Shown in pieces: positions 15,124 through 28,949 of a stretch of DNA of 64,000 bases. The position numbers and the translations under genes are program-made. Location: NCBI RefSeq assembly GCF_009914755.1, contig NC_060930.1; one strand, 5' to 3'. Origin of the DNA: the human T2T-CHM13v2.0 reference genome, Homo sapiens. Each line of letters begins with the position of its first letter. Positions within the stretch are counted from its first letter, which is position 1. The notes under the pieces are model-generated. The model was given only the letters and a program-made list of their open reading frames with translations, made no database searches and was not told where the DNA came from.

Positions 15124-15470
15124 GGCCAGGCACGATGGCTCCCTCCTATAATCTCAACCCTTTGGGAGACTGAGGCGGGCAGATCACTTGAAGTCAGGAG
15201 TTGGAGACCAGCCTGGCCAACATGGCAAAACCCCATCTGTACTAAAAATACAAAAATGAGCCGGGCATCGTGGTGCGTGCCTGTAATTCCAGCTACTCTG
15301 GAGGCTAAGGCCCAAGAATCACTTGAACCTGGGAAGTGGAGGTTGCGGTGAGCCAAGAACATGCCACTACACACCATCATGCCCGGCCTGTTTTTTTTGT
15401 GTGTGTTTGTTTTGGGTTTTTTTTGAGCCTGGGCAACAGAACAAGACTCTGTCTCAAAGAAAACAAAACA
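15124..15470 (+). mobile_element. Alu with an internal inverted insertion
   Basis: Alu consensus; agaacactgt flanks the two-Alu pair. Confidence 0.88.
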
Positions 15471-16941
15471 GAACACTGTACATGAGTGTTCCTGGGCCCA
15501 GCAGAGTGCTCGAACCAGTCAGCACTTTGCCCTCTTTTGGGTGAGATGAGATCTTTAAAATCACTTATTCCCATATATTCCGTTTTTTGGCATTGCTACA
15601 CTATTCTATTTGAGAGTAATAAAAGATTACCCATGTGGATTTCTTACTATTTCATGTGGAGAAATGCAGCTTTTCTAGCGGCGAGCCTTTCTTCCATTTC
15701 CCAGAGTCCGGTTACCCTCACCGCACCCCAGGTTTGCCGTAGAAGGATGAGATTCCCTACATGTAGGCGTCTTCAGAGTGAACCTGTTGCTCAGGGCCCG
15801 CGAGCCCACAGGGCTCCATGCCCACTGAGCAGGCTCGTGGACGTCGGCACGTAGCTCAGATGTGCTGATTTCCAGCCAAGGACATGCTTTGTGTCAACGA
15901 TACAGGGGCCTGTTGTTCTCAGTAACAAGGGCAGAGCCGCTCCCGGGACTCCAGTTGGTATTGGTAATGCAAGCCCTTGCACCTAGTGTGGTGTGGTCAG
16001 TATAAATTAATATCGACAGCTTCATGTTGTACTTTAATTTGAAGTACAGGAAAGGCTGCTTGCCAAACTGTATTTGTAGATCATTTAAAATTTATGCTTC
16101 ATTTAAAATGCAAAATACGAATGGAAATAATTACTGTGTATCCGGAAATGTCTATTCAACTTACAAGTTTATTAATTGATCCTTCTCTTTACATGTTTTA
16201 CGGGACTTGGAATACACTTTGCTAATATCACAGCATAGGAAGATTTAACCCATATGAATTCAACTCTGTAGCCTTGGTGAAAGAAAAGAACCATGTATTT
16301 GTCATTCACTGTGGCCCCCGATGTATGCCAACGACTTCATTTGGTGCAGGGCTGAAGAAATGGCAGTGTGTTCCAATACTTCACAACAGTGGGGCCTCAT
16401 TAAGAGATGCTAGGGTATTGAGAGTGGAGTGTTACATAGTGTTTTTCATAGGTCTTCTAAAAGATTTTTCAGAGTTGCTGACTTAAGAATTTGGCCTCTG
16501 AGTAAGATGAGACGCCCCTACTACGTTATAAAGCCTTCATGGATCTTTATTTCTAACAGTTCATTTTTAAACTTTTGTTCCATTTCATTTTATTTTGTCC
16601 ATTTTTTGTCATCAAAAAATTATTTTAAAATGTAACAGCTCTTCTAGAATGTACAGATCAATTTTATTCCACTAAAAAACAGGACTTCAATAATTTAATT
16701 GAAGAATTCTAGTGAGCATTTCCAGAGCCTTTCCAAGAAAGCTATACTGTTTAACTTTGAGTGACTCAGCTTCTAGGACCCTGGTCCACCACACCTACAA
16801 AATGAATTTAATAAAGCATGAAGGTCACCAAATCCTCTACTATTTCTTCGTGGAGTCATTCAGCTAGTGTTTATGTTGTGCCTGCTCTGTGCGAGAGACT
16901 GTGCCACCAATATAACCACTGGTCACAGTTATTTTCTAGAG

Positions 16942-17092
16942 CCATACTGCCTGATATCCCATGTGGCTAAGATTGACAGTTCAGTTTCTGGATTGTTCCA
17001 GTCCCATTTCCAGTGCTTTTAATAGCCACATGAGGCCAGTGAACACACGATACATCTTCCATTGTGATAGAAAGTGGCAGTGGACAGCTTTG
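16942..17092. mobile_element. MER3/MER33-like hAT-Charlie remnant
   Basis: aatagccacatg...gatagaaagt...tggacagc; 8-bp hAT-type TSD ttctagag at 16934-16941 and 17093-17100. Confidence 0.65.
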
Positions 17093-17267
17093 TTCTAGAG
17101 TATTTCCGTTTCTGAAATACATGTTTAAGAAGTTTGGAAAGGAATTAGTGTAGAGTATGAGAAGGGTTACATTTTTGGTGAATATGAAGATTTAACATAA
17201 TGTTAGTTCAAAAATGACCAAAGACACAAGTGTAGACACCAGGCTTTTGAAGTAGCTAATATGTTAA

Positions 17268-17707
<440 letters not shown>

Positions 17708-18899
17708 TCCTGTCCTTTCTTTAATGCACTATTCCAGCTTTTTTTTTAATATCTTGCCAGCTTTTGCTGATTTTCATGCCTCCCTCTGCAACCTGTGATC
17801 TCTTGACTTTAATAGTAATGTTTATACAGAGTCTTGACTGCACACTCTCTTCTGTCATCGTTGTTTGTTGTGTCTCATTGTCCCCAATCCATCAGAAGTT
17901 CTTGGTACACAAAGTCCCTGAAGCTGTATGAACAATGCCCTGACGTCTTGAAAGGACTTGCCATAGGTGGTTATTTGATCACTTAGCAGATGCCTTTGGG
18001 ATCCTACTTTGTGCAGGCCACTCTCCAAGGCACAATGTGGCAAGTAAATATATTAGTCAATATTTACAGAACCAAGAGAAAGCCAGCAATGATTAATGCA
18101 TAAACAGTCATAAATTGGCCATTTTATTTGTTTATAAAAGCTATCATTTACTACAGAGAAGTACAAGTGAATATCAAGCTCAGATCAAGACCTTTGGACT
18201 GAGCTTGGCTTTTTTTTTTTTTTTCTTTAAAGATTACACTTCTCCCCCAAATCAAGCAGATTAACCATAGGAAGTTCCTTGCCTGCTAACAGAATATAAA
18301 TAGATTGCATGCAAGGGGAAGGACCTTATCAGGGCAGATTTTAGTATTTACACTAAACCCAAAAGATTATTTCCTTAATTGTACTTGTGAGTGAAAAACA
18401 AAAATTGTAGCAGGAGTCCCAAGAGCACTCTGGCCATGGGCTTTTGAGCTGTGAGTTGAAGCACTTTATTCAGCATGTGGCTGCAGGGTTGTAGCTCAGG
18501 TTGTAGACAGTGCATTCTCTTCAGGTCCCAGGAAACAGTGTCATACCTGTGGAAGCCACCAGAATGCACCTTCATCTTCTCCAGTGGTGGCGAGGTTGAG
18601 GCCAAGCATCAGAAGTGCTGAGTGCTGGGAAACTGTGGGGCTGGATAGATGGCAGTGCCTGCTGGGAAGCACACAGCCCTGGGTTGAGGCAGGGAAGCAG
18701 GGCCGCCCAGTTGGGATTCATTCGTACTACTGGCCCCTCACAGTACCGTCATGTGTGGGTGGTCGCGCTTGTCCTACAGGAAGTAAACCACAACTACTCA
18801 TCTCACACAGTCAGCCCGGCACCTCCTTGGAATTCCCAAAACACTTTCCAATAAACATTGGAAAGGAAGAAAGTTTAGTTGGTAACAAAAAAATGTATG

Positions 18900-19700
18900 T
18901 TGCCTTACGCCCAAAAGCATTGAAAGCAGGGACTCAAGCAGGTACTCATGCAGCCCTGTTGATAGCAGCATTGTTCCCAGTAGCTGAAAGGTGGGAACCC
19001 CCTTGTCTGTCAGCGGGGATCAGCTAAATATGGCACACACATACTATGGAACATTATTCAGCCTTGGGAAGGACACCTCCTATCACACGGATGAACCTTG
19101 AGAACATTATGCTAAATGAAATACACCAGACACGGAAGGACAGATACTGCTTGATTCCACTTGTAGGGGCCTGTAGAGCCGTCACATTCATAGACAGGAA
19201 GTAGAATGGTGGTTGTCAGGGGCCAAGGGGAGGGGCATGGAAAGTTGCTGCTTAATGGGTACAGTTTCAGTTTTGCTAAATACAGAGAGTTCTGGAGGTT
19301 GGTTGCCCGACACCATAAATGGACTTAACGCTACTGAACTGTACACTTAGAAATGGTTAAAATGGTAAATTAGGCCAGGCATGGTAGCTTGCGGCTGTAA
19401 TCCCAGCACTTTGGAAGTCTGAGGCAGGCAGATCACTTGAGCCCAGGAGTTCAAGACCAGCCTGGACAACATAGCAAGACCCCCATCTCTACAACAATTT
19501 TAGAAATTAGCTGGTGGCTTACACCTGTAGTCATAGCTACACAGTATGCTGAGGTAAGAGGATCACTTGAGCCCAGGAAGTTGAGGCTGCAGTGAGCCGT
19601 GATCACATCACCGAACTCCAGAATGAGACCCTGGGTCACAAAAAAAGAAAAGAAGATGGTAAATTATATGTTATGTGTACGTTACCAAAATTAAAGTTCT
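18900..19700 (+). mobile_element. L1MB-like 3' end interrupted by an Alu
   Basis: gatgaaccttgagaacattatgctaaatgaaata...agtagaatggtggttgtcagggg...actgaactgtacacttagaaatggttaa. Confidence 0.8.
19373..19653 (+). mobile_element. AluJ-type element
   Basis: TSD atggtaaatta. Confidence 0.9.
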
Positions 19701-19717
19701 TAAAAATATATATTTTA

Positions 19718-20053
19718 GGCCAGACACAGTGGCTCACACCTGAAATCCCAGCACTTTGGGAGGCCGAGGCAGGCAGATCACCTGAGGTCAGGAGTTCAAG
19801 ACCAGCCTGGCCAACATAGTGAAACCCCATCTCTACTAAAAATACAAAAATTAGCCAGGCGTGGTGGCGGGAGCCTGTAATCCCAGCTGTTCGGGAGGCT
19901 GAGGCAGAAAGAATTGCTTGACCCAGAAGGCAGAGGTTACCGTGAGCCAAGATCGCGCCACTACACTACCAGCCTGGGTAACAGAGTGAGACTCTGTCTC
20001 AAATAAATAAATAAATAATATATATATACATATTATATAGATAGATAGATAGA
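19718..20053 (+). mobile_element. AluS with a (TAAA)/(TA)/(TAGA) microsatellite tail
   Basis: Alu consensus plus simple repeats. Confidence 0.92.
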
Positions 20054-20093
20054 TTTCTTACAAAACATTTTCGTGTTTAAAAATAACAAATCA

Positions 20094-20420
<327 letters not shown>

Positions 20421-21494
20421 TTATTCACTAGTCATTCGATTGCTATTACTTTGCTCCCATGTGAGTTTTTTAAATTATTAACAGAAAAATCACACTCTTT
20501 ATTTTTGAATTATGATCTTGAGTTCAGTAAAGAATGCATTCTGTTGATTAAATGTGTTATGAGTAACAGTATCTTGTTTTGCTGTACTTCCAAGCAAAAT
20601 GTAATTCTTTCAGTCCTCCCTACCGTTCTCACTCCATAATAATATGACTTAAGGTTTGTATAGCATGACGTTTACAACGTGCTTGCGTTTTACACTGACT
20701 CAACGTGTGCAGTACAGTGATGTATAGTGAAGTATTCACATCCTCATCTTAGAAATGAGGAAATAAATTCAGGGAGGTTACATGATTTAACCACACATAA
20801 GGAGGGGCTGCATTCTCTCTGAGCCCTTCTACCTCACACAGCCACCAAGCTCCTTTGTGCAGAGCCCATGGAGGGTTGGAGTGGCCACACTGGGGTAGGT
20901 GCAGGCCAGAGACTGGATGCAACAGGAACATTGCCTGCTTCCCAAAACCACTGTTCTACTGCCCGGAGAACACACCCTTCTGGGAGCTGACTTCTAACAA
21001 AGCAAGGTCCTTGGACTTGCCCTGCGGCTTCTTTCCTGCAAGAAGTATCTTCCAGCATCCTACCAACTTTTATTTCTTAAAAAAGGTTGTTCCTTGCCAG
21101 GCATTGGTTGATCAGCAGAGGAGCTCGCATTAGTTTCAGTGCAGTGTTGGGAGCAAGCACTTGAGTGCCCAGCAACATAGGCTGCTCATGATCTAAGATT
21201 CATGGAAAAAGTCTTCTGCGCTGTTGCCTGCAGCACATCAACACCTGAATTTTCTTATCATCTTGTGTGGCTATTGAACCACAGGGAACCCAAGCTTAGT
21301 CAATGGGAAATATAGAAATATTCATTGGTTCAACTGTATAGGGAGGGCCTTGTATATATTCCAGGGGCTGTATCCTATCTTGCCTCTAGGTAAATAAGAG
21401 ATGGTCCCGAGGCTCAAAGAGTTTATCAACCATTCTTTATTCTTCAGCTAATATGAACATTGAATCTTTTACATTAGAAGTTGCCCATGCAGGG

Positions 21495-21617
21495 CACGCC
21501 TGTAATCCCAGCAACCTGGGAGGCCAATGCAGGAAAATCACTTGAGGCCGGGAGTTTGAGACCAGCCTGGGCAACATGGTGAGACCTCATCTCTACCAAA
21601 AATAAATTTTAAAAAAA
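21495..21617 (+). mobile_element. FLAM / free left Alu monomer
   Basis: Single left arm ending catctctacc plus an A-rich tail. Confidence 0.8.
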
Positions 21618-22159
21618 GTTACCCTTAAATTTCTTTCTCTAACCCAGCCTCAACTTTGTACTCAGGCAGTAACTCTTTGTACAACATTCCTGGCACCATA
21701 TTCAGCTTATACAGAACCCTCCAGGCAAGGACAGGTCACTGCTAAGTGAGAGAGCTCTGGTTATTATAGTTCTTCCTTAAACACTGCACTCAAAACGACT
21801 TCCTTCTAACGTTTGTCCCTTGGTTCACATTCTGCCCTCCTTTCGATTTTTTGTATGGCATGGCCCTCCAAGAGATTTCAGTGTCAGTGTGGTGCTGCCA
21901 AGTCTGTGTGACTGTTCACACACTCGGGCTCCATTCACACACCCCAAGATTGCATGAGCTTTTGCTGCAGCCACTCACAGTCAGGCCCCAGTGAATCCCT
22001 GTCCTCTGAAGCTGCAGGTAGGAGCGCCCCAAGGGCATCTAGATGTCAAAGAAGAGGATGCTCACATGTGCCTAAGGTTCATCCATGAAGGCTTCGTGGA
22101 GGAGGTGGCTTTTGGGATAGATCTTAGAAAGCTCAGAGAGTTTTAACAAAGATTGGTCC

Positions 22160-23400
22160 TTGAAGATTACTAATCTTTTGACTTTATAAATACTTGCATA
22201 TATCTTCTTCCAGTCTGTCTCTTATTTTTTGACCTTATTTATAATGTCTTCTTAAAACAAGTTTTAAATTTTGCTGTAGTGAAATCTATATATCATTTCC
22301 TTTATGGGTTATTCTATTGTTACCTCATTTAAGAAATCCTTCTCTACTTCAGAATAATAGAGTTCCCACTGTTTTCTTCCAATATGTAGAGTTATAATTT
22401 TCAAGTTTATGCCTTTGTTCCATATTGGGTTTATTTGGAGGCCTGGTATGTGGTAGGAATATAATTTTATTTCTCTCCAGCCAAAAGTCAGATGGTAGTC
22501 AGCCTTTCTCTGTTGATTTGTGTCACCTCTGTTATATACTATCCTGCACATGCTGAGTGTCTTTGTGGGTTCTTTCTTCTTTTCCGTTGATTAATTTGTC
22601 TATACTTGTGCCAGTACCCATGGAATTTATTAGCATAGTTTTGTGGTATGATTGATAGCTAGTAGAAAAGTCCTCTTTCTTTGTTCTTTTGGTTTTGTTT
22701 TATTTTTAAAGTTATCTGACTATTTATGCCATTACCCTGTGTTAGTTCACTCTCGAGTTGCTATAAAGGCATCCCTGAGACTGGTTAATGGATAAAGAAA
22801 AGTAGTTTATTTTGGCTCATGGTTCTGAAGGCTGTGCAAGCATGGCACCAACATCTGCTGGGCTTCTGGTGAGGGCCTCAGGAAGCTTCCACTCAGGGCA
22901 GAAGGTGAAGGCGGGGGGAGCCAGTGCATCACATGGCAAGAGCGGGAGCAAGAGATGGGGTGGGAGGTGCCAACAAGCAGACCTCCTGAGAACTCAGAGT
23001 GAGAACTCACTCATTATCGTGAGGACAGTACCAAGCCATTCATGAGGGATCCGCCCCCGTGATCCAAACACCTCCCACCGGGCCCCACCTCCAACATTGA
23101 GGATTACATTTCACCATGAGATTTGGAGGGGACCACCATCCAAACCACATCAACCCTTTATTGTAAGTTTCAGAACTAATTGGCCAAGTAACCAAAAATG
23201 AGCTTGGGATTTTTATTGGACTTGCATTGAACTGAGTAAGTTTCAGAGAAGTGACGTCTGTACAGTGTTAAGTCTCCTCATCCATGAGCAAACTATTTTC
23301 CTCCATTGACTCAGACTCTTTTTATGTCCCTCAGTGAAAGGTTATAAGGCTTGCACCTTCATTTCTTTTTATTTGTTAGAATATTCAATATTTATGTTCC
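22160..23400 (-). mobile_element. Degenerate old L1 (L1M) interrupted by an MST LTR
   Basis: tttaagaaatccttctctac, tgtgccagtacc, gggatttttattggacttgcattgaa, catccatgagca are L1 ORF2 antisense hallmarks. Confidence 0.65.
22738..23152 (-). mobile_element. MSTB-like ERVL-MaLR solo LTR
   Basis: tg...ca ends; gctataaag...ctgagactgg...ggcctcaggaagctt...gagatttggagggg. Confidence 0.85.
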
Positions 23401-23696
23401 AGACCACAGAACACCTCTACAGTAATAAAAACTGTAGTAATGAAAAACACGTTTTAAAGCAGTTTTGGGTTCTATCAGGGTTGGGAGGGGAAGAGTGCTA
23501 GCTTTTATTTATTTTCTCTTGGGTAACTCTTGTATCAATAGTATTTCATACAAATGTGACACTAGCTGTTGCCAAGCAAAGTCCTTGAGGCACATCACGG
23601 GAGACTTGTGCCCCTTGGTTGACATCTGTTCCATCAGCATTTGGTTCAGCAGTTGTTCACCAAACAGTAAATCCACTAATTGCATCATGCATATGC

Positions 23697-23998
<302 letters not shown>

Positions 23999-24472
23999 AC
24001 ATATGCATCTTTACCCACAGGAGGATTGTAGATAATTTTGCCAAATGTGTTTCTTAAATTTAGAATTACTTTATCTGTGGAATATTATTTTCCTAATGAA
24101 TCATTCTTGTTTCTGAAGATCCCTTGCCGTATGCTATCAATAGTCTGTGTCCTGGTTTTCAATCTAACATTATGGAAATCTTCTCCTCCAACACACTTAT
24201 TTGCCTGTATCTAGTCTTCTCACATTTCTTCCATGCCACATGACTTCTCATAATTTGCTTAAGTGACAGTAGGTTCAACCTCTGATTTTCCAATATAGTG
24301 TTTGATCACATCAGCATTTATGTTAAAATCTCAATCCATTACTGCTCATGAAAAAATACTTGTTTTTAATACTATGAACCCGTATTCAGACCCACTTAAA
24401 AACCAGCACTCACAATTTCGTTGGGAGACTCCTGTCCTGACATATATGATTATTTGAAAATTATAGTAAACA

Positions 24473-24757
24473 GGCCAGGCGTGATGGCTCATGCCTGTAA
24501 TCCCAGTACTTTGGGAGGCCGAGGTGGACAGTTTGCTTGAGCCCAGGAGTTCAAGACCAACCTGGGCAACGTGGTGAAACCCAGTCTCTACAAAAAATGC
24601 AGAAAAAAAATTAGCTTGGAGTCATGGTGCACCCCTGTAGTCGCAGCTACTCAGGAGGCTGAGATGGGAGGATCACTTGAGCCTGGGAGGTTGAGGCTGC
24701 AGTGGGCTGAGATTGTGCCACTGCACGACAGAGTGATACTGTCTTAAAAAAAAAAAA
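24473..24757 (+). mobile_element. AluJ-type element
   Basis: TSD aaattatagtaaac. Confidence 0.92.
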
Positions 24758-25071
24758 GAAATTATAGTAAACTATATTTTTTTAATGCTACAATGGATAA
24801 AAATGGTTACAACTAGATAAGAAGCCTCTAAATTGCCTGAACACCTAAGACTTATTTGCTAGTTGACATCTGATCTATTTCTGACACTGAAAATTTCAGT
24901 GCTTTAGGGTGCTAAAAGGAAAAAAGAGGGTTTGCTAGGAATCCTGCAGTTGCTGAGGGGGTACTCTGATAAGGGAATTTTAAGCAATTACAGAACATCT
25001 CACTAAAGTTTTTAAAAAATCTTTAACCAGATTAAACTTATACAATTTTGTTATAATTTGTGTTTCTCCAG

Positions 25072-25179
25072 GTTCCAATTGTGGACAAGATAAGGACCAT
25101 TGCTCAGGCTGTCTATGGAGCCAAAGATATTGAACTCTCTCCTGAGGCACAAGCCAAAATAGATCGTTACACTCAACAG
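25072..25179 (+). CDS. MTHFD1L: MTHFD1L coding exon (probably exon 25): [36 protein letters not shown]
   Basis: tttctccag| acceptor, CAG|gtaaaa donor. 108 nt, phase 0-0. KI..IA...YGA motif. Confidence 0.96.
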
Positions 25180-26713
25180 GTAAAAGTTCTACTTTTAGGG
25201 GAAAAGAAAAAATTCACCTTAGGCTCTCAGAATACTCAGCTTGACTTGAGGATTTGTACATATCGCACCAGCTAACCTTTGCTTAATCTATTGTATGGTT
25301 AACAAAGATGAAGGTAATATCCTCGGGTAGAGTGTAGACTATATTTAGAACTTTATGGTGAGGCATATATCCTCTGATCCATGCATCATTTACTTCTGTG
25401 ACTATAAATGTGTCTGATATGGGTGGTATCCCTGTTTTTAGGTGATGTGTGATCTTTCATCCCTCCCACTCAGCCCTGAATGTTGAAGCTATCCTTTGGA
25501 GTAGAGCTGCGGAGTCAGATTTAGATGAATTGCAATGCTTCCTCTTCCTTACAGGCCTCTTACTTACTACCTTAAAAATGCTAGCGTGGTGCCAGGGTAG
25601 GCAGATAGGAGTGCAGCCTATAAAGATGGGAATGTTTGCTGTTCTTATGCAAGCGGTTCACTGGCTTTTTACTGAGCTTGTCCGCTGAGATTGAAGGCTC
25701 CATCATCTTCTACCTCTAGCCACTGACAAAGGCAAGTAGGCAAACAGCTGGGAAGGTGGCTGTGATCTGACAGCATGCATCACCATCTAGTCCAGTGACA
25801 GTCATGATCAATCAACTCCACTACAGGAGGCTCAGCCACCTTCACCAAAAGGACCGTATGCCTCGAGTGTCCCTCCTACTTTGGTGTAGTCGGATAGATA
25901 GCAGTCAGAACACTTTAAGAGCCTGCTGGCTAAAGAACTTCATGATGGGTAGCGTTGACCTTTTCTTTAAAAAAAATCTCCAACTCCTTATTCTTTTTTG
26001 TAAACCCATTTGAAATTTTGTTAAATGCTGCCGTTGCCAGCCAGGGTATTTGTTCTCCTAGGTTTGGTAAAATAGTCAGCAACTCAGGAAGTTCTAAATT
26101 CTTAGAATTTTCCCTGTATGTTCTTGGCTTATCCTTTACAAAAAGGATTCCCAAGCACTGCTCTGTGCACAGGCATTGTGGTGAAATTTTCATTCATGTG
26201 CAATGAACCAAGTAAAATAAGGTCATTCTCATAAGGTTGGTTTGTTTTTTTTTCCGTGAGTTTTTAATAATGATATTTAAGACTATCATTTATTCTAATA
26301 TTAAGTCTTTTCTCCTTTCAGTGTTAAAATGGTATTTCTTTTATGAAGTAATCTGGTGAGAGTATATGGCATATTGGTTGGTTTTTTTCTTTTTAATATG
26401 CCTACTGACAAAATTTTTACATTAGCAAACCTGTATTAGTTCATAGAAATTACTTCAATATTTAACCATGTCTGAAATTTAAAATTCTGGCACCATTTCT
26501 GAAAGACAGTTGTGATTGTCACTCAGCAAAATTCTTATCGGTATAGAAGAGTGGAGATTTCAAAAAGAAAATGGCCCCAAGTCCAAGTCCTCCCTGAGTT
26601 GATAAGACTCTAAGATCTTCCAAATAGTTTTAGGCTAAGTCTTATGAAAATTTAACTAAAGATTTCATTCCCTTTATCTCTATCAAGGAAATATTCCTTA
26701 AAAGTGATGTCAA

Positions 26714-26827
26714 CCGGGCACGGTGCTCACACCTGTAATCCCAGCACTTTGTGGGGTCAAGGCAGAGGATCAGTTGAAGCCAGGAGTTTGAGACCACTCT
26801 GGGCAACATAGCAAAACCTCCATCTCT
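26714..26827 (+). mobile_element. FLAM monomer
   Basis: Single left arm. Confidence 0.8.
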
Positions 26828-27540
26828 ATTTTTATTTTTTTTTTAAAGTTAGTGTCAAGTATGTGGTTGCAATGAATTAGCAAAGCCTCTAAAGGAACAC
26901 TGTGTGCCATTTAATCAGAACCAGGCTTTGAGGACACTGTGCTTTTTGTGAGACACCACATGTGACTTCCTGCTCTTTCACCTTTGGAACTCTGGGTCAG
27001 ACATAGACTTTGGTCCTTAAAAACAAGAAGCTTAAATAGTGACCTCATCTTAGTTCTTATAATGTAATTGCAGATCAAATAGCCATGATTCATAAACCAA
27101 CACAAAGGAACCCTTTGCTTCCTGACTGACTCCAGAATGAGTGAACAACATGAGTAAGAGCCTCGTCGCAGAGCCTTTCTCCAGACTACCTTGCTGGGTC
27201 CCGGATATTAATAGTCTTGGAAAGTGGTTTCTACAGCTGCTGCTTTGCCTGAAAATAGCCATGCTTTCCCCAAACATGCACATAACACTGCCTTCTCTTA
27301 AAGAGAGCCTCCAAAATAAACAATAGTCACCCTTGACCTGCTAAACAGTCATCACATGGAGATGAGTTTTTATCCTCACCTTCTTGCTTCTTCAGTGAAC
27401 AAGTAGTAACAAGCAGCTCCTGCGTGTGCCTCGATCTGAGCCGGCATACCTTTGCTGCCGAGACTGTATAAAGTGCAAATTGAAAAGCACAGGAGACTAA
27501 CATCTGTATCAGTGAACACATTTTCTTTCCTTTCTCACAG

Positions 27541-27693
27541 GGTTTTGGAAATTTGCCCATCTGCATGGCAAAGACCCACCTTTCTCTATCTCACCAACCT
27601 GACAAAAAAGGTGTGCCAAGGGACTTCATCTTACCTATCAGTGACGTCCGGGCCAGCATAGGCGCTGGGTTCATTTACCCTTTGGTCGGAACG
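27541..27693 (+). CDS. MTHFD1L: MTHFD1L coding exon (probably exon 26): [51 protein letters not shown]
   Basis: Long pyrimidine tract plus cacag| acceptor, ACG|gtgagt donor. 153 nt, phase 0-0. [10 protein letters not shown] and GAGF motifs. Confidence 0.97.
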
Positions 27694-28001
27694 GTGAGTG
27701 AGTCACATTTTCCAAAAACCCTCCCCATTCTGCATTGCCGTGGTGCCTCAAATCGTTATGCTCCACCCGCTCTTTAAAAATCATGGATTAGGGAAAATTG
27801 GGAGTAATTAATAGTACAGTATTCGCTATTTTTCTAAACACTGTGTCTCACCTACTTTTGCCATTGTGGTTTGGATTTTTCTTTTTTTAGATCATGTGTT
27901 CAGGGTCCTTAGAGTCATAATACTAATTTCCTTCCTAAGGTGAGTAAGAACATAACTTGGGAGAATTCAGTCTGTTATTTAAATGGTAGAATGGCTTAAG
28001 A

Positions 28002-28161
28002 CAGTGGTTGTCAACCTTTATCACACATAGCACCCAAAATGATGTCATCACGGTGGGGTTGACTGCTCACACCAGACAGGATCTGCCCAGTCACCCCAAG
28101 GGCTGGGGAAAGCAGTCCTCACCCTCTCTCACTTCCCCAGCACGTCAGGTGGGAAGCTCTG
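28002..28161. mobile_element. hAT-Charlie-type MITE, family uncertain
   Basis: Ends cagtggttgtcaacc...gggaagctctg; near-TSD gcttaaga / gcttagga. Confidence 0.55.
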
Positions 28162-28949
28162 GCTTAGGAAATTACTGAATCATAGGAGTTCTCATTTTTG
28201 ATGTTGTTGTGATGGGATCATGTTGCTATTGGATGATTATTCTGTTATTTTGTGTTATCTATGGGGGTAAAGGAGATGGGCAGATAAATAAAAGCTTATC
28301 AAAGTGCTTAAAATCCATGAAGATGGGCTTCATTTGGTACAGCTACACAGTGATAGCCTTCCGTTGGTACCGTCAGTGGCCTAAATTTGACTTCTTGTCT
28401 TTGGGAGTGCTCCTAAATTTGGTTTAGAACAAAAAAGAATTCTTACAACCTAGCAGATCCCATGGCAAGCAAAGAAAAAAATATTCTAACCCATCATTAT
28501 CGTCATCATTAGTGCAAAGTGATCTGAGCTTAAACAGCATACATTATCATAATTTTTTATAATAAACCATGTTGCTTTATTGTGCAAACAAGCAATAGAT
28601 AGATAAAAAGTGCAGATTCTTGCCTTGATATTTACATACTTCATCTAATATTGGACACAATGTTTTTTCAATCAGCATTTTTTGAATTCTTCCTGCATGT
28701 GAGGCACAGAGATTTTAGGATGAGCAGGTGTGAGACGCATGGGTTTGAATAGCACAGAGGTATCTGGAGAGCACTGTGTTGGTATTCTGAATGCCCTCAG
28801 AGCCCAGGGGGATAACAGCTCATTATGCCTGGGGTAGAACTTACCCAGGATGTGGAAGAAGAGGGGATTCTTCAAAAAGAGCTCAGCCTCTGAACTGGCA
28901 AAACAGTGAGTTTTGACTCAAAGGCACCAAAGTACTAATACATGACATC

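Noticed and set aside
21960-22023. Cryptic exon tgcag|...gcag|gtagga
   Set aside because: Short, weak pyrimidine tract; similar matches are expected by chance in long introns.
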